A DNA stretch of 64,000 nt from Candidatus Binatota bacterium. GTDB taxonomy: Bacteria > Desulfobacterota > Binatia > UBA1149 > CAITLU01. Shown in pieces: positions 37,246 through 47,078 of this stretch. The notes under the pieces were generated by a model. The model did no database searches, was not told the DNA's origin, and saw only the letters and a program-made list of their open reading frames with translations. How positions within the stretch are numbered: position 1 is the first letter of the stretch; every line of letters starts with the position of its first letter. The stretch is taken from positions 1,161-65,160 of the forward strand of contig JAJRWY010000312.1 in assembly GCA_024276575.1 (NCBI GenBank). The letters are read 5' to 3'. The position numbers and the translations under genes are program-made.

Positions 37246-37947
37246 CTATAGCGATCCGCTTGGTCCCGAGTCCTCTTGCACCGCAAGAGGACTCGCACTC
37301 CCGCGCAATTCAGCGAGCTTGCGCTGTGCCTCGAGCGCGCTCTCGCTGTCCGGGTAGGTGTCGAGAACATACGAGTAGCGCGCCATCGCCGCTTCCTTGC
37401 GGTCGTGTTCCAGATAATAGTCGCCGACGTAGAGCTCATGCCTAGCGAGATGCTCGATGCTCTGCCGTAGCCGGAAGCTGGCTAGTGTAGAGTAGATGGA
37501 ATCGGGATACCTTTGCAGCAGGCGCTCGAACTGTCGTTTGGCCTGGGCAGAAGCCGAAGTGTCACGGTCTCCGTCAAGCGCCCGGTCGAGGTGGCACATT
37601 CCCACAGTGTATTCCACGAAAGGAAGGCGGTCGCTGACCGGGTAGAGCCTCTCGAAGTCGTTGAAAGCCGCGATGGCCTTCTCGTATTGGGCGGTTAGGT
37701 AGTAAGCCTGCGCGATCTTGATGCTGGCGCTCTCAGCGTATTCAGAGAAGGGGAACTGCTCGAGCAACTCTTCATAGTTACCGATGGCTTGAATGTAATT
37801 GCGGTGTTCGAAATAACGCGAAGCTTCGTCTTCCAGCTCGTCCTCGGTGAGTGGGGCGGGCGCCCCGCAAGCCGAGATCAGTATAAGGGTGGAGACTATG
37901 AGCAGGGCGCTTCGGTAGCGCCGCAATATGTGCTTAGGGCCGTTCAT
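37246..37947 (-). CDS. bamD: Outer membrane protein assembly factor BamD
   Basis: Lipoprotein signal (LILISACG) followed by TPR repeats typical of BamD/YfiO (YFEHRNYIQAIGNYEELLEQFPFSEYAESASIKIAQAYY). The tool ORF carries a 72-aa spurious leader. Confidence 0.8.
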   Translation of the reverse strand: MNGPKHILRRYRSALLIVSTLILISACGAPAPLTEDELEDEASRYFEHRNYIQAIGNYEELLEQFPFSEYAESASIKIAQAYYLTAQYEKAIAAFNDFERLYPVSDRLPFVEYTVGMCHLDRALDGDRDTSASAQAKRQFERLLQRYPDSIYSTLASFRLRQSIEHLARHELYVGDYYLEHDRKEAAMARYSYVLDTYPDSESALEAQRKLAELRGSASPLAVQEDSGPSGSL

Positions 37948-37983
37948 ACTTGTGTAAAGCTTAGCGATGTTACGCTGCCCGGT

Positions 37984-38015
37984 CCACAGCAACCGTGGGC
38001 ACAGCAACCGTGGGC
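37984..38015. repeat. Tandem direct repeat (about 15 bp, two copies) in the bamD/arsA-like divergent intergenic region
   Basis: cacagcaaccgtgggca occurs twice in tandem; a second motif, ggcaagcctgca, also occurs twice near 38125-38165. Confidence 0.5.
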
Positions 38016-38229
38016 AAGAGTCCGCGGGCTGGTGTCCGGCGCTTCTTCGAGACGGTGTCTCCGGCAGGATCGGTGGCGGCCTGTTCGGCAGTGTATCGTT
38101 GCATGGTCCACAAGACAGCAAGGGGACGCCGGCAAGCCTGCAACCGGCAAGGCAAGCCTGCACACAGTGCGCTGGCCTGCATCCCGGTTGACCCGCGAAT
38201 GGGCAAGAAGTAAGGCCGGGAGTGTTTTG

Positions 38230-39198
38230 ATGAGCAAACGGCTGCAGTTCGTCGTCGGTAAGGGGGGAGTGGGCAAATCTACAGTGGCGGCCGCACTTGC
38301 CGTCGCTGCCGCCGGCCCTAACGAGCGGGTCTTACTACTGGAGTTGGGCGCGCCTGGAGGAGCCGCGCGATTGTTGTCTCCGGGTAAGCCCGGCCGGGGC
38401 CCGGTCGAAGTCCTCGACGGGCTCTATCTGGACTGCGTGGAAGGCGATGCTGCGCTGGCGGAGTACCTGGAGTTGGTCGTTCCCATACGCCGTCTTCTGC
38501 GTTTGGTTTTCGAGAGTAATCTTTACCGTAGTTTCGTCGCGGCAGCGCCAGGTCTCAAAGAGCTGATGACGATGGGAAAGATCTGGTTCGAAGCCGAGAG
38601 ACGCGATGCCGCCGGCAAGCCGCTATGGGATTGTATAGTGGTCGATGCCGGGGCATCCGGGCACAGTCTGAAGTACTTACAGATGCCGGCTACTGCCGCG
38701 GCGACCTTCAAATCGGGTTTGGTACATCGAGAGTCTCAACGCGTGGAAGCGCTACTCGAGGATCCATCGCTCTCGGTGGTGCACGTGGTCGCGTCTCCCG
38801 AAGACATGCCGCTGTTTGAAGCTGCCGAGATCGTCGAGAAACTCAACGGCCCTTTGTCGATGCCGTTCGGAAAGTTGTTCGTCAACCGTTGCCGGGAGCG
38901 ACCGCCTGAAGGCGCCGGTACGGCTGTCGACAGCTTGCGGCGGTTTACCCCACTTCCCGAGCAGCGGGCCTTGCGTGACGCTGTCGTCGATGCCGCGGCA
39001 TCCTGCCTGGGCTGGTACCGGGTGCAAGAGCGCGGTATCGCGGCGGTCGAGGACCGCCTAGGTCTGCGGGTCTGCAGGCTTCCCTTGCAGCAGAGCGAAG
39101 AATTCGGCTTAGCCGAGTTACGCCTGCTGGCTTCACTGGTCAAGGACGCGGTGCAGGACCCCGGGGGCACTAGCGACTCCCGCGACGAGGTTTCATGA
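38230..39198 (+). CDS. ArsA/GET3-family P-loop ATPase (single-domain)
   Basis: Deviant Walker A VVGKGGVGKSTVAAALA and ArsA-like architecture. The tool ORF begins at 37789, but that leader overlaps bamD on the opposite strand. Confidence 0.75.
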   Translation: MSKRLQFVVGKGGVGKSTVAAALAVAAAGPNERVLLLELGAPGGAARLLSPGKPGRGPVEVLDGLYLDCVEGDAALAEYLELVVPIRRLLRLVFESNLYRSFVAAAPGLKELMTMGKIWFEAERRDAAGKPLWDCIVVDAGASGHSLKYLQMPATAAATFKSGLVHRESQRVEALLEDPSLSVVHVVASPEDMPLFEAAEIVEKLNGPLSMPFGKLFVNRCRERPPEGAGTAVDSLRRFTPLPEQRALRDAVVDAAASCLGWYRVQERGIAAVEDRLGLRVCRLPLQQSEEFGLAELRLLASLVKDAVQDPGGTSDSRDEVS

Positions 39199-39299
39199 AT
39201 AATGCGGGATAAGGAACATCCCCGCGATGCTATGACCGAGCATGACATTGTCGGGGCGGTAGAAGAACCGGCTGCAGGTGTATTGGAGGACTCTAGCGA

Positions 39300-40436
39300 G
39301 TGAGCTTGGCGCAACTACTTGATGGCCACCGGGTGGTTGTTTGTGTGGGAACCGGCGGCGTGGGCAAGACCACAGTTTCGGCGTCGCTCGCACTGCACGC
39401 AGCGATGCAAGGCCGCCGCGCGATGGTTCTGACCATCGATCCAGCCCAGCGCCTGGCACAATCGCTGGGTTTGGACACCCTGCGGTCGGGCGGAGAAGTG
39501 ATCCCCGAACGGCTCGTGCACGAAGCTGGACTCGAACTGCCGGGCGAGCTGAGCGCGGGAATGCTGGACCAGAAAAGCGCCTGGGATGATTTCATAGGAC
39601 GTCATGCTCCCAACTCCGAGATTCGCAATGCCATTTTGGACAACGACTTCTATTTGCACTTGTCGCAATCGTTTGCGGGATCGGTGGAATACATGGCTAT
39701 CGAGGAGCTTTGCCGGGTCGAGGAGTCGAACGATTATGATCTCATCGTGCTCGACACCCCCCCTACGGGCCATGCCCTGGACTTCCTAGAAGCTCCGGCG
39801 CGGCTCGAGGCTTTTCTGGACCGCAATGTGGTCAGTTGGTTGGTCAAGCCCTATGTGTCCGTGGGCTGGTCTGCGTGGAAAGGCGGGAGCAGGACAGTGC
39901 AGTTTCTATTGCAAAAGATAGAAGATGCTACGGGGCTACAGACCCTTTCCGACGTATCCAAATTTTTCATTGCCATGGAAGAGTTGTTCGACGGCATCGC
40001 CGATCGAAGCCGCAAGGTGAGGGCCCTGTTGCGAGGAGATTCTACCGCCTTCGTGCTCGTCGCCGCTTGCGAGGAGCAGGTCCTCGGGGAAGCGGAGGAT
40101 CTGACCGCTAAGATGGAGAAGCTCGGAGTCAGCTTGAAAGCGGTAGTTATGAACCGCGTGCATCTGTCGCCGGCCGTAGACGCCGAGGTCTCAGCCGATG
40201 CTGTGTCTGATTTGCTGGAGCGGGCATCTGTGGCCGGAGCGGACCCCGCGTTAGCCGGTTGGTTGCGGCAAACTTTCTCGAACGCATACCGTACGGCGCT
40301 TGCCGAAGCAGTCAGACGCGAGGCTTTCGAAGCTGAATTGCCTAGCGGTGTCGTCAGCGCAGCGATTCCCGAAATGCCGCACGACGTGCATGATCTTCGA
40401 GCTCTTGCTGTGATCGCCTCTTATTTGTCGGCGTGA
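39300..40436 (+). CDS. ArsA/GET3-family P-loop ATPase (single-domain), second copy
   Basis: VCVGTGGVGKTTVSASLA P-loop and VLDTPPTGHALDFL (ArsA/GET3 switch region); 378 aa. Confidence 0.75.
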   Translation: MSLAQLLDGHRVVVCVGTGGVGKTTVSASLALHAAMQGRRAMVLTIDPAQRLAQSLGLDTLRSGGEVIPERLVHEAGLELPGELSAGMLDQKSAWDDFIGRHAPNSEIRNAILDNDFYLHLSQSFAGSVEYMAIEELCRVEESNDYDLIVLDTPPTGHALDFLEAPARLEAFLDRNVVSWLVKPYVSVGWSAWKGGSRTVQFLLQKIEDATGLQTLSDVSKFFIAMEELFDGIADRSRKVRALLRGDSTAFVLVAACEEQVLGEAEDLTAKMEKLGVSLKAVVMNRVHLSPAVDAEVSADAVSDLLERASVAGADPALAGWLRQTFSNAYRTALAEAVRREAFEAELPSGVVSAAIPEMPHDVHDLRALAVIASYLSA

Positions 40437-41641
40437 GTTCCGGATTCTTCCGCCGCTGCGAGATCGACGCCGAGGGATGCCGAAAGAGCCTTGCGGTAGC
40501 ATTGCTCGGCCAGCCGGTCTTGGGAACGCAAACGGTGCAGTTCTCCCTCCAGAGCAAGCTTCAAGGGCGGGTTGAACCCCGGGTCGACTTCGCTTAGGAG
40601 CCGCTCGGCATCTTCCAATCGTCCGTCTTTCAAAGCGTAACCAGCGATGTGGAGTTTGAGGGCTTGGTCTTCGGGGCGGGAGGCTAGAAGCTTGCGATGA
40701 ACTTTCAACAAGCGGCTACGCCGGCCGCTGTCCGCGAGCTGTTGCTCCAACTCTTCGAGTATTCCCAGATGTGCGACCGTTTTTAGGCCTTTCTCCAGGA
40801 CCCGCAATGCGGCACGCCGCGCGCCTCGTTCAGACAGCAGCTTGGCACGAAGGATGATCGCCGGGGCGAAGCCGGGAGCAGATGATATTATGGATTTCAG
40901 CGCGGCTTCCCGCCGCTCGCTTTCCATGTGTTTGGCTACAGAGAACCGGTAGCGTATCAGCCTGTGTTTTTCGTCTTCGTCGTCCGGCTTTAGAGCGGTC
41001 AGACGGTACTGGATCTCCTCGAGTCGTTGCCAGGATCCCGCCGCTTCGAGGACGTCACGCAGTAAAGTTATCAAGGCCGCACTGGCGGGGTAGGTGGCCA
41101 GCGCCCGTTCCAGAGCCACTGCGGCAGCCGCGTAATCGCCTAGGGCATAGCAGACTTCGCCGATAGCGTGCAGCAGAAGGGGATCGTTGCCGAAGTCATC
41201 GATGCCGTTCTCCAACACCTTGCGGGCCTCTTTCAGCGCGCCCTCGCGGCGGTAGCTCTCCGCGTATTCGAGCAGGTCGAGAAGCGTCGACTCGCTTCTC
41301 TTGGTGGCACGGGTGAGCAGAGTGCGTGCACGCAGGTGCTGGCCGGCCAGAGCGAGAGATCGCGATTCGGTCTTCAAGCGGCAGTTTCGCTCGGCGTGGC
41401 GGCGCTCACGATTCATCGACCAGCGCCGTAGCGCCCAGCGGCCTTCTCTGAGCAGGAGCAGCAAGAATACCAGTGCAGCGCCGAGCATGGTGCTGGCTAT
41501 GATGATGGCCCCGAGAGAGAGTTCGTAACGGAAGGCCGGCGGCAGCTTGACTACCGAGGGTTGCGGGTTGAGGTAGACCAAGCTCGCGACGGCGGCGATC
41601 AGGGCGACGATCAGTAGGAAGGTGGCTGTGCGGCGGATCAT
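40421..41641 (-). CDS. TPR-repeat inner-membrane protein with two N-terminal TM helices (HemY-N / LapB-like)
   Basis: Two N-terminal hydrophobic helices followed by multiple TPR-like repeats; 406 aa. Confidence 0.5.
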   Translation of the reverse strand: MIRRTATFLLIVALIAAVASLVYLNPQPSVVKLPPAFRYELSLGAIIIASTMLGAALVFLLLLLREGRWALRRWSMNRERRHAERNCRLKTESRSLALAGQHLRARTLLTRATKRSESTLLDLLEYAESYRREGALKEARKVLENGIDDFGNDPLLLHAIGEVCYALGDYAAAAVALERALATYPASAALITLLRDVLEAAGSWQRLEEIQYRLTALKPDDEDEKHRLIRYRFSVAKHMESERREAALKSIISSAPGFAPAIILRAKLLSERGARRAALRVLEKGLKTVAHLGILEELEQQLADSGRRSRLLKVHRKLLASRPEDQALKLHIAGYALKDGRLEDAERLLSEVDPGFNPPLKLALEGELHRLRSQDRLAEQCYRKALSASLGVDLAAAEESGTHADK

Positions 41642-42030
41642 TGTGAGCCTGAAGCAGTCTTCTTAGCCGACCCGTCCTCGTAGTTCCAACGCGGCGACTG
41701 TCCCCATAGCCTTTCGAGGTCGTAAAGAGCGCGGAACTGTTGTTGAAAGACGTGAACTACGATGTCGCCGTAGTCGAGAAGGGCCCAAAGCCCGTTTTCC
41801 AAGCCTTCTGTGGACAGGGGCCGCTTGGCCGAGCGGTCGCGCATGCCTTCTTCTATGCGGGCACAGATCGCGTCAACTTGAATGTGGGAGCGTCCGGTGC
41901 AGATGATGAAATAATCTGCTACCGAGGATCGCTCTGCTATATCTATTATGGTGATGTCCTGGGCTTTGCGCTCAGCGGCAAGATCGGCAATAGCGAGCGC
42001 TTGCTGCCGGGTCGATAAAGTTTCGCTCAA
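41638..42030 (-). CDS. rsfS: Ribosomal silencing factor RsfS (Iojap)
   Basis: DITIIDIAERSSVADYFIICTGRSHIQVDAICARIE matches the RsfS family; 130 aa. Confidence 0.88.
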   Translation of the reverse strand: MSETLSTRQQALAIADLAAERKAQDITIIDIAERSSVADYFIICTGRSHIQVDAICARIEEGMRDRSAKRPLSTEGLENGLWALLDYGDIVVHVFQQQFRALYDLERLWGQSPRWNYEDGSAKKTASGSQ

Positions 42031-42036
42031 GTTTCG

Positions 42037-42741
42037 TCAACTCCGTTTGACTGCTCGGTACAGTCCATGTTCGAGGATGTAGCGGGCTACCGCAGGCCCG
42101 CACAGATCGGCAATTTCCCCGTCTTGACGGGCCCTTCGCCTGATTTCAGTCGAAGATATATCGAGGGCTGTGATTTGCTGGCCGATCACTCTGTGGCCGC
42201 TGCTGTGCAGGTAGCAGCCGGCTTCAGAATCATAACAAGCGTCGGACAGGGCGGCAATTGCAGGGAAAGGGGGCAGCTTAGCCTTTCCCCGGGGTTGGCT
42301 GCTGCCGCGGCCACCGGCGCGATCCAACTCGTGTCCGGGCCTGCCGGTTACTAACAAATGGCATAGCTCGAGGATCTCGCCCGCGCGGTACCAGGTGTCC
42401 AATTCGACGAAAGCATCCACGCCCAGAATCAAATACAACTCGCAGCCGGGGTAGCGCGTTCTCAGTGTCTTCAGCGTGTCGTATGTGTAGGAAAGGCCGG
42501 GCCGTCCGGCCTCCAAAGCGCTCGGCTCGAGGCGGGGGTCTTCGGCGGTCGCAAGACGTAACATTTCCATGCGGCATTGAACCGGGGCGGGTGTTTGGCC
42601 GGGTTTGTGGGGCGGGCGGGCCGAGAGCACCAACAATACTTTAGATAAATCGAAGTTGTGCGCACTGTCGCGGGCGCACGCGATGTGCCCGCGATGTACG
42701 GGATCGAAGGTGCCGCCGAGAATCCCCAGCTGCATCACCAC
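42037..42741 (-). CDS. nadD: Nicotinate-nucleotide adenylyltransferase
   Basis: GILGGTFDPVHRGH (HxGH) and an SSTEIRRR motif. Confidence 0.88.
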   Translation of the reverse strand: MVMQLGILGGTFDPVHRGHIACARDSAHNFDLSKVLLVLSARPPHKPGQTPAPVQCRMEMLRLATAEDPRLEPSALEAGRPGLSYTYDTLKTLRTRYPGCELYLILGVDAFVELDTWYRAGEILELCHLLVTGRPGHELDRAGGRGSSQPRGKAKLPPFPAIAALSDACYDSEAGCYLHSSGHRVIGQQITALDISSTEIRRRARQDGEIADLCGPAVARYILEHGLYRAVKRS

Positions 42742-43998
42742 TTAACGCAACTGCCCCTGGCCGCGAACCACGTACTTGTAAGTGGTCAACTCTCGAAGCC
42801 CCATCGGTCCGCGGGCATGCAGGCGGTTGGTCGAAATACCGACTTCGGCTCCGAAACCGAACGCGAAGCCGTCGGTGAAACGAGTGGAGGCATTCACGTA
42901 TACGACGGCGGAGTCTACCCGGTCGAGGAACTTATCCGCCGCCACTTCGTCTACGGTGACGATGCTGTCGGAATGGCCGGACCCGTAGTGATTGACGAAA
43001 TCGATGGCTTCGTCGAGCGAGGAGACGACCTTGACTGCGACTATGAGGTCCAAATATTCACGCGACCAATCGTCTTCGACGGCTTGACGGGCACCGGGCA
43101 GTAGGGTGCAGGTTTTATCGTCGCCGCGTATCTCTACCCCGGCCTCTTCGAAGCGCGGCCCGATTGTGGCAAAGAATTCCTCGGCTACGCTTTCGTGGAC
43201 CAGCAGATTTTCCATCGCGTTGCACACGCCGGGCCGCTGGACCTTGGCGTTGAAGGCGATATCGGCAGCCATGGCCAAGTCGGCGGCGCTATCAACGTAG
43301 ACGTGGCAGACCCCTTCATAGTGCTTGATGACAGGAATGTTGGAATGTTGCGCCACCGCACGGACCAAACCGGGGCCTCCGCGGGGAATTATCACATCAA
43401 TGAATTCTTCCGCTTCGAGCATCGCCTGGGTGTCACTTCTTTCGGTGCTGCGTATCAGCTGAACGGCATCTTCAGGCACTCCGGCCGAGCAAAGTTCTTC
43501 AGCCAAGAGATCGGCGATGATGCTGTTCGAGGCGATAGCCTCTTTGCCGCCCTTCAGCACCACCGCGTTTCCGGATTTTACGCATAGGGCTGCGACGTCG
43601 GCGGTCACGTTGGGACGCGATTCGTAGATGACGCCGATTACTCCGATCGGGATGCGGCGTTGCTCTATGTCCAGCCCTGAAGGTGCCTGCCAGCTCCGTA
43701 TGGGCTCGAGCAGAGGATCGGGAAGTTCGGCCACCGCTTCCAGGCCTGCCGCCATCGACTCTATTCTTTCGCGACTGAGCAGCAGGCGATCCAGAAGTGC
43801 GGCGGAAAGGCCGCCGGCGCGCCCCGCTCCCAGGTCTTTGCGATTGCGTTCTTCGATCAAGGCCGCATCCCGGCGCAACCGTGTAGCGGCAGCCTGCAAG
43901 GCGGCACTACGCGTATTATCGTCGATCTGTGATAGCCGCTGCGCCGCGTGACGTGCGCGACGGCATAGATCGAGCACCGTCCCGTTGTTGTCGTTCAC
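42742..43998 (-). CDS. proA: Gamma-glutamyl phosphate reductase
   Basis: ALDH-fold ProA motifs and the catalytic cysteine context (VCNAMENLLVH); 418 aa; overlaps proB by 4 nt. Confidence 0.9.
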   Translation of the reverse strand: MNDNNGTVLDLCRRARHAAQRLSQIDDNTRSAALQAAATRLRRDAALIEERNRKDLGAGRAGGLSAALLDRLLLSRERIESMAAGLEAVAELPDPLLEPIRSWQAPSGLDIEQRRIPIGVIGVIYESRPNVTADVAALCVKSGNAVVLKGGKEAIASNSIIADLLAEELCSAGVPEDAVQLIRSTERSDTQAMLEAEEFIDVIIPRGGPGLVRAVAQHSNIPVIKHYEGVCHVYVDSAADLAMAADIAFNAKVQRPGVCNAMENLLVHESVAEEFFATIGPRFEEAGVEIRGDDKTCTLLPGARQAVEDDWSREYLDLIVAVKVVSSLDEAIDFVNHYGSGHSDSIVTVDEVAADKFLDRVDSAVVYVNASTRFTDGFAFGFGAEVGISTNRLHARGPMGLRELTTYKYVVRGQGQLR

Positions 43999-45170
43999 TT
44001 TCGGCCTCCTCGTTCACTGTTTCCTCCGCTTTGCTCCTCGACGTCGCGAAGCAGAACTAGGTCGTCTCGATGTATCAGTTCATCGCAAATGTAGTAACCC
44101 AACTCGCTCTCGATCGCGGAACTGGATTTGCCCAGTAGCGCCCGGCAGTCGCCGGCGTCATAGGAGACCAGTCCGCGGGCCACTTCGACGCCGTCTGCGG
44201 ATTCGCAGGCAACGCAAGCACCGGCACGGAAGTCACCGTGGGCTGCGGTCACACCTGCGGGCAACAAGCTTGCCCCACGTTCGCAGATTGCCTTGACCGC
44301 GCCCTCATCGAGCAGCAGGCGCCCCTGGACGGGTACTCCGTAGGCGATCCAGTACTTACGATTGGAGATCGGAGAATCCGACGGTAGGAACAGGGTGCCT
44401 ACCGAATCGTCCGCGCTCAAGATGCGCCCGAGAGTGCCCGCTTCGAGACCGTTGGCTACTACGACCGGTATGCCGCGATGGCCGGCGCTTCGCGCTGCGA
44501 GTAGCTTGCTTCGCATCCCGCCGCTTCCCAACCGGCCGGACTGTCCGCCCCCTGCGAGGTCGAGGCCTGGTCCTTTGATCACCTCGACGAGCTTGGAGCC
44601 TTGGGTCTGAGGGTCGCCCGAGTAGACCCCGTCGACGTCCGTGAGCATGATCAGTAAATCGGCCTCGGCGAGTCCGGCAACCAGCGCCGACAGGCGGTCG
44701 TTATCGCCGAACTTCAACTCGTCGATGGCTACCGAATCGTTTTCATTGACGATCGGGACGATGCGGTTCTCGAGTAGGTGGTTGAGCGTTCGTTTGGCGT
44801 TGATGTACTGGCTGCGATCGCGCAGGCCGGTCGCGGTCAGTAGCACCTGCCCAACGTGCTTGCCATGGTCGGCGAAAAATTCCTCGTACAGCGACATCAG
44901 GCCTATTTGGCCGATCGCCGCCGCCGCTTGCTGTTCGGGGATTCTAGTGGGCATGCGTTTCAAGCCCAGGCGCGCCAGCCCGGCTGCCCGCGCCCCGGAA
45001 GTGACGACGACGATCTCGTATCCGTCCTCGTGCAGCCTCGAGATCTCCGCGACGATGCGGCCTACGCGTTCGCGGTGCACTCCCGACTCGGTAGCAACGA
45101 TGCTGCTGCCCAGCTTGACGACCAAGCGTCGTGCCTGCCGGAACAGGCTGTGCTTATATTGCCTGTGCAT
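43995..45170 (-). CDS. proB: Glutamate 5-kinase with a C-terminal PUA domain
   Basis: Amino-acid kinase N-terminus (RLVVKLGSSIV), 391 aa. Confidence 0.9.
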   Translation of the reverse strand: MHRQYKHSLFRQARRLVVKLGSSIVATESGVHRERVGRIVAEISRLHEDGYEIVVVTSGARAAGLARLGLKRMPTRIPEQQAAAAIGQIGLMSLYEEFFADHGKHVGQVLLTATGLRDRSQYINAKRTLNHLLENRIVPIVNENDSVAIDELKFGDNDRLSALVAGLAEADLLIMLTDVDGVYSGDPQTQGSKLVEVIKGPGLDLAGGGQSGRLGSGGMRSKLLAARSAGHRGIPVVVANGLEAGTLGRILSADDSVGTLFLPSDSPISNRKYWIAYGVPVQGRLLLDEGAVKAICERGASLLPAGVTAAHGDFRAGACVACESADGVEVARGLVSYDAGDCRALLGKSSSAIESELGYYICDELIHRDDLVLLRDVEEQSGGNSERGGRK

Positions 45171-45284
45171 CTCTCGTCTCTCGTCGATTCCTGCCGTCCC
45201 TACGGTTCCTGCAAATTCTATTGCCGCTGCGATCCGAGCCCCCCGGCTCCGTTACCGCTGCTATGGCGCCGGCGTGTTTTTACA

Positions 45285-46334
45285 TCAGTCGGTAGCGGCA
45301 GAACCCGGGTCAACCTCAGCCTGCCTCGCTCGCAGTTCCACAACTTTACGGCCGAGCATGGAGATAATTTCCCGGCAGCCTTCGCCGGTGGCCGATGACA
45401 GCGCGAGGAGTTCGAGTCCACGCTGTTCGAAGTATCGTTTCAGTTCGGGAAACATCGCCGCCGATTCCGGCAGGTCTAGCTTCGACATCGCGACCACCTG
45501 CGGACGTCGCACTATCTGTGGCGAGTAAGACTCCAATTCCGCGTTCACCGCGTCGAAATCCCTCATTACCTGCTCGGGGCCCTTCATGCTGGCATCGAGC
45601 AGGTGCAGTAGCATGGCACTGCGGCTTACATGCTTGAGAAACTGCAACCCCAATCCGTGGCCTTCGTGGGCGCCCTCTATCAAGCCGGGGAGGTCGGCGA
45701 TTACGAAACTTCCTCCATCCTCGTTCCACTTTACCACGCCGAGCGTGGGGGCGAGCGATGTGAATGGATACGCGCCGATCTTGGGCTTGGCTGCACTTAC
45801 GCGTGCCACCAAGCTCGATTTCCCGGCGTTCGGCAAGCCTATCACTCCGACATCCGCCAGTAGCCTGAGTTCCAGACGCAAGTTACGTTTCTCGCCAGGC
45901 GTGCCAGGGTCGGCCCGGCGCGGAGCCTGATTGACCGAGGTGGCGAATCGAGCGTTGCCACGGCCGCCGCGGCCACCGTACACCAGTACCGCCTCCTGCC
46001 CAGGACGCGTCAAGTCGGCTATGGTTTCGCCACTGCTCTCGTCGATGATCAAAGTTCCGACCGGAACCGTCAGGACCGTGTCCCGTGCGGCCGCGCCGTG
46101 CCGGCTCTTGCCGCTACCGTTTTCTCCGCGGTCGGCCTTGATCAAGTCTTTGTAGCGGTAGTCGAGCAGGGTGCTCATGCCGGCATCGGCGATGGCGATG
46201 ATGGAGCCCCCGTCGCCCCCGTCGCCCCCGGCAGGGCCACCCTTGGGCCGGTACTTCTCCCGCAGAAAAGCGCTACAGCCGTCGCCCCCGTCGCCTGCCC
46301 AAACCCGAAGCCGGGCTTCGTCGACGAATGTCAT
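45285..46334 (-). CDS. obg: GTPase Obg
   Basis: Obg fold N-terminus (FVDEARLRVWAGDGGDGCSAF, glycine-rich repeats) and G-domain motifs GLPNAGKSS and DLPGLIEGA. Confidence 0.92.
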   Translation of the reverse strand: MTFVDEARLRVWAGDGGDGCSAFLREKYRPKGGPAGGDGGDGGSIIAIADAGMSTLLDYRYKDLIKADRGENGSGKSRHGAAARDTVLTVPVGTLIIDESSGETIADLTRPGQEAVLVYGGRGGRGNARFATSVNQAPRRADPGTPGEKRNLRLELRLLADVGVIGLPNAGKSSLVARVSAAKPKIGAYPFTSLAPTLGVVKWNEDGGSFVIADLPGLIEGAHEGHGLGLQFLKHVSRSAMLLHLLDASMKGPEQVMRDFDAVNAELESYSPQIVRRPQVVAMSKLDLPESAAMFPELKRYFEQRGLELLALSSATGEGCREIISMLGRKVVELRARQAEVDPGSAATD

Positions 46335-46358
46335 GGATTCCGCCTGTCGCGAGCGCGA

Positions 46359-46613
46359 TCAGGCCGGGTAGACGCTGACTTTCTTCCGGCTACGCCCGTA
46401 GCGCTCATAGCTGATGACGCCGTCAGTGGTGGCAAACAAAGTGTAGTCACGGCCCATGCCCACGCCGTTGCCTGGATGGATGCGCGTGCCGAGCTGGCGT
46501 ACGATGATATTGCCGGCTACCACCGACTCTCCCCCGAACTTCTTCACGCCGCGTCGCTGGCCGCGGGTATCGCGACCGTTGCGGCTGCTGCCTTGACCTT
46601 TTTTATGTGCCAT
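46359..46613 (-). CDS. rpmA: 50S ribosomal protein L27
   Basis: [29 protein letters not shown]. Confidence 0.95.
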   Translation of the reverse strand: MAHKKGQGSSRNGRDTRGQRRGVKKFGGESVVAGNIIVRQLGTRIHPGNGVGMGRDYTLFATTDGVISYERYGRSRKKVSVYPA

Positions 46614-46668
46614 TTCGCTATTCCGCGGTATCGGGACAAGCCCGTAGTTGACGTCTGCAGCGACGCTG

Positions 46669-46980
46669 TTAGTTGACGGCGGTTATCTCCACCGTGGTTT
46701 CCCACTGCCGGTGCCCTTGGCGCCGGCGGTAGTTCTTGCGGCGTTTTTTCTTGTAAACCAGGATCCTATGGCCACGGCCTTGGTGCAGGATCACCGCTTT
46801 GACCGAGGCGCCGGGAACCAATGGTGTCCCTACTTCCACGCCGTCACCGCCACCGCGAAGGAGTACTTCCTCGAACTCCACCGCGTCGCCGGGGGCGCCG
46901 TCGCACTTCTCGATCGTAAGCCGGGTGCCTGGAGCCACCCGGTACTGTTTTCCACCGGTCTTTATTACTGCATAGCTCAT
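46669..46980 (-). CDS. rplU: 50S ribosomal protein L21
   Basis: [15 protein letters not shown]. Confidence 0.95.
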   Translation of the reverse strand: MSYAVIKTGGKQYRVAPGTRLTIEKCDGAPGDAVEFEEVLLRGGGDGVEVGTPLVPGASVKAVILHQGRGHRILVYKKKRRKNYRRRQGHRQWETTVEITAVN

Positions 46981-47078
46981 CGCCGTTTCCTCGAAAGCTA
47001 GCCAAATTGGCGTGGTTACCGTGTGATGTCAATCCCCGTGCCTAGAGTCTGGAGGCCCTCGATAACGAAGGCCTGGGT

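Noticed and set aside
37789-38229. The 147-aa N-terminal extension of the first ArsA-like ORF
   Set aside because: It overlaps bamD on the opposite strand and the bamD promoter region, is Gln/Pro/Trp-repeat-rich, and precedes a clean MSKRLQFVVGKGGVGKST start.
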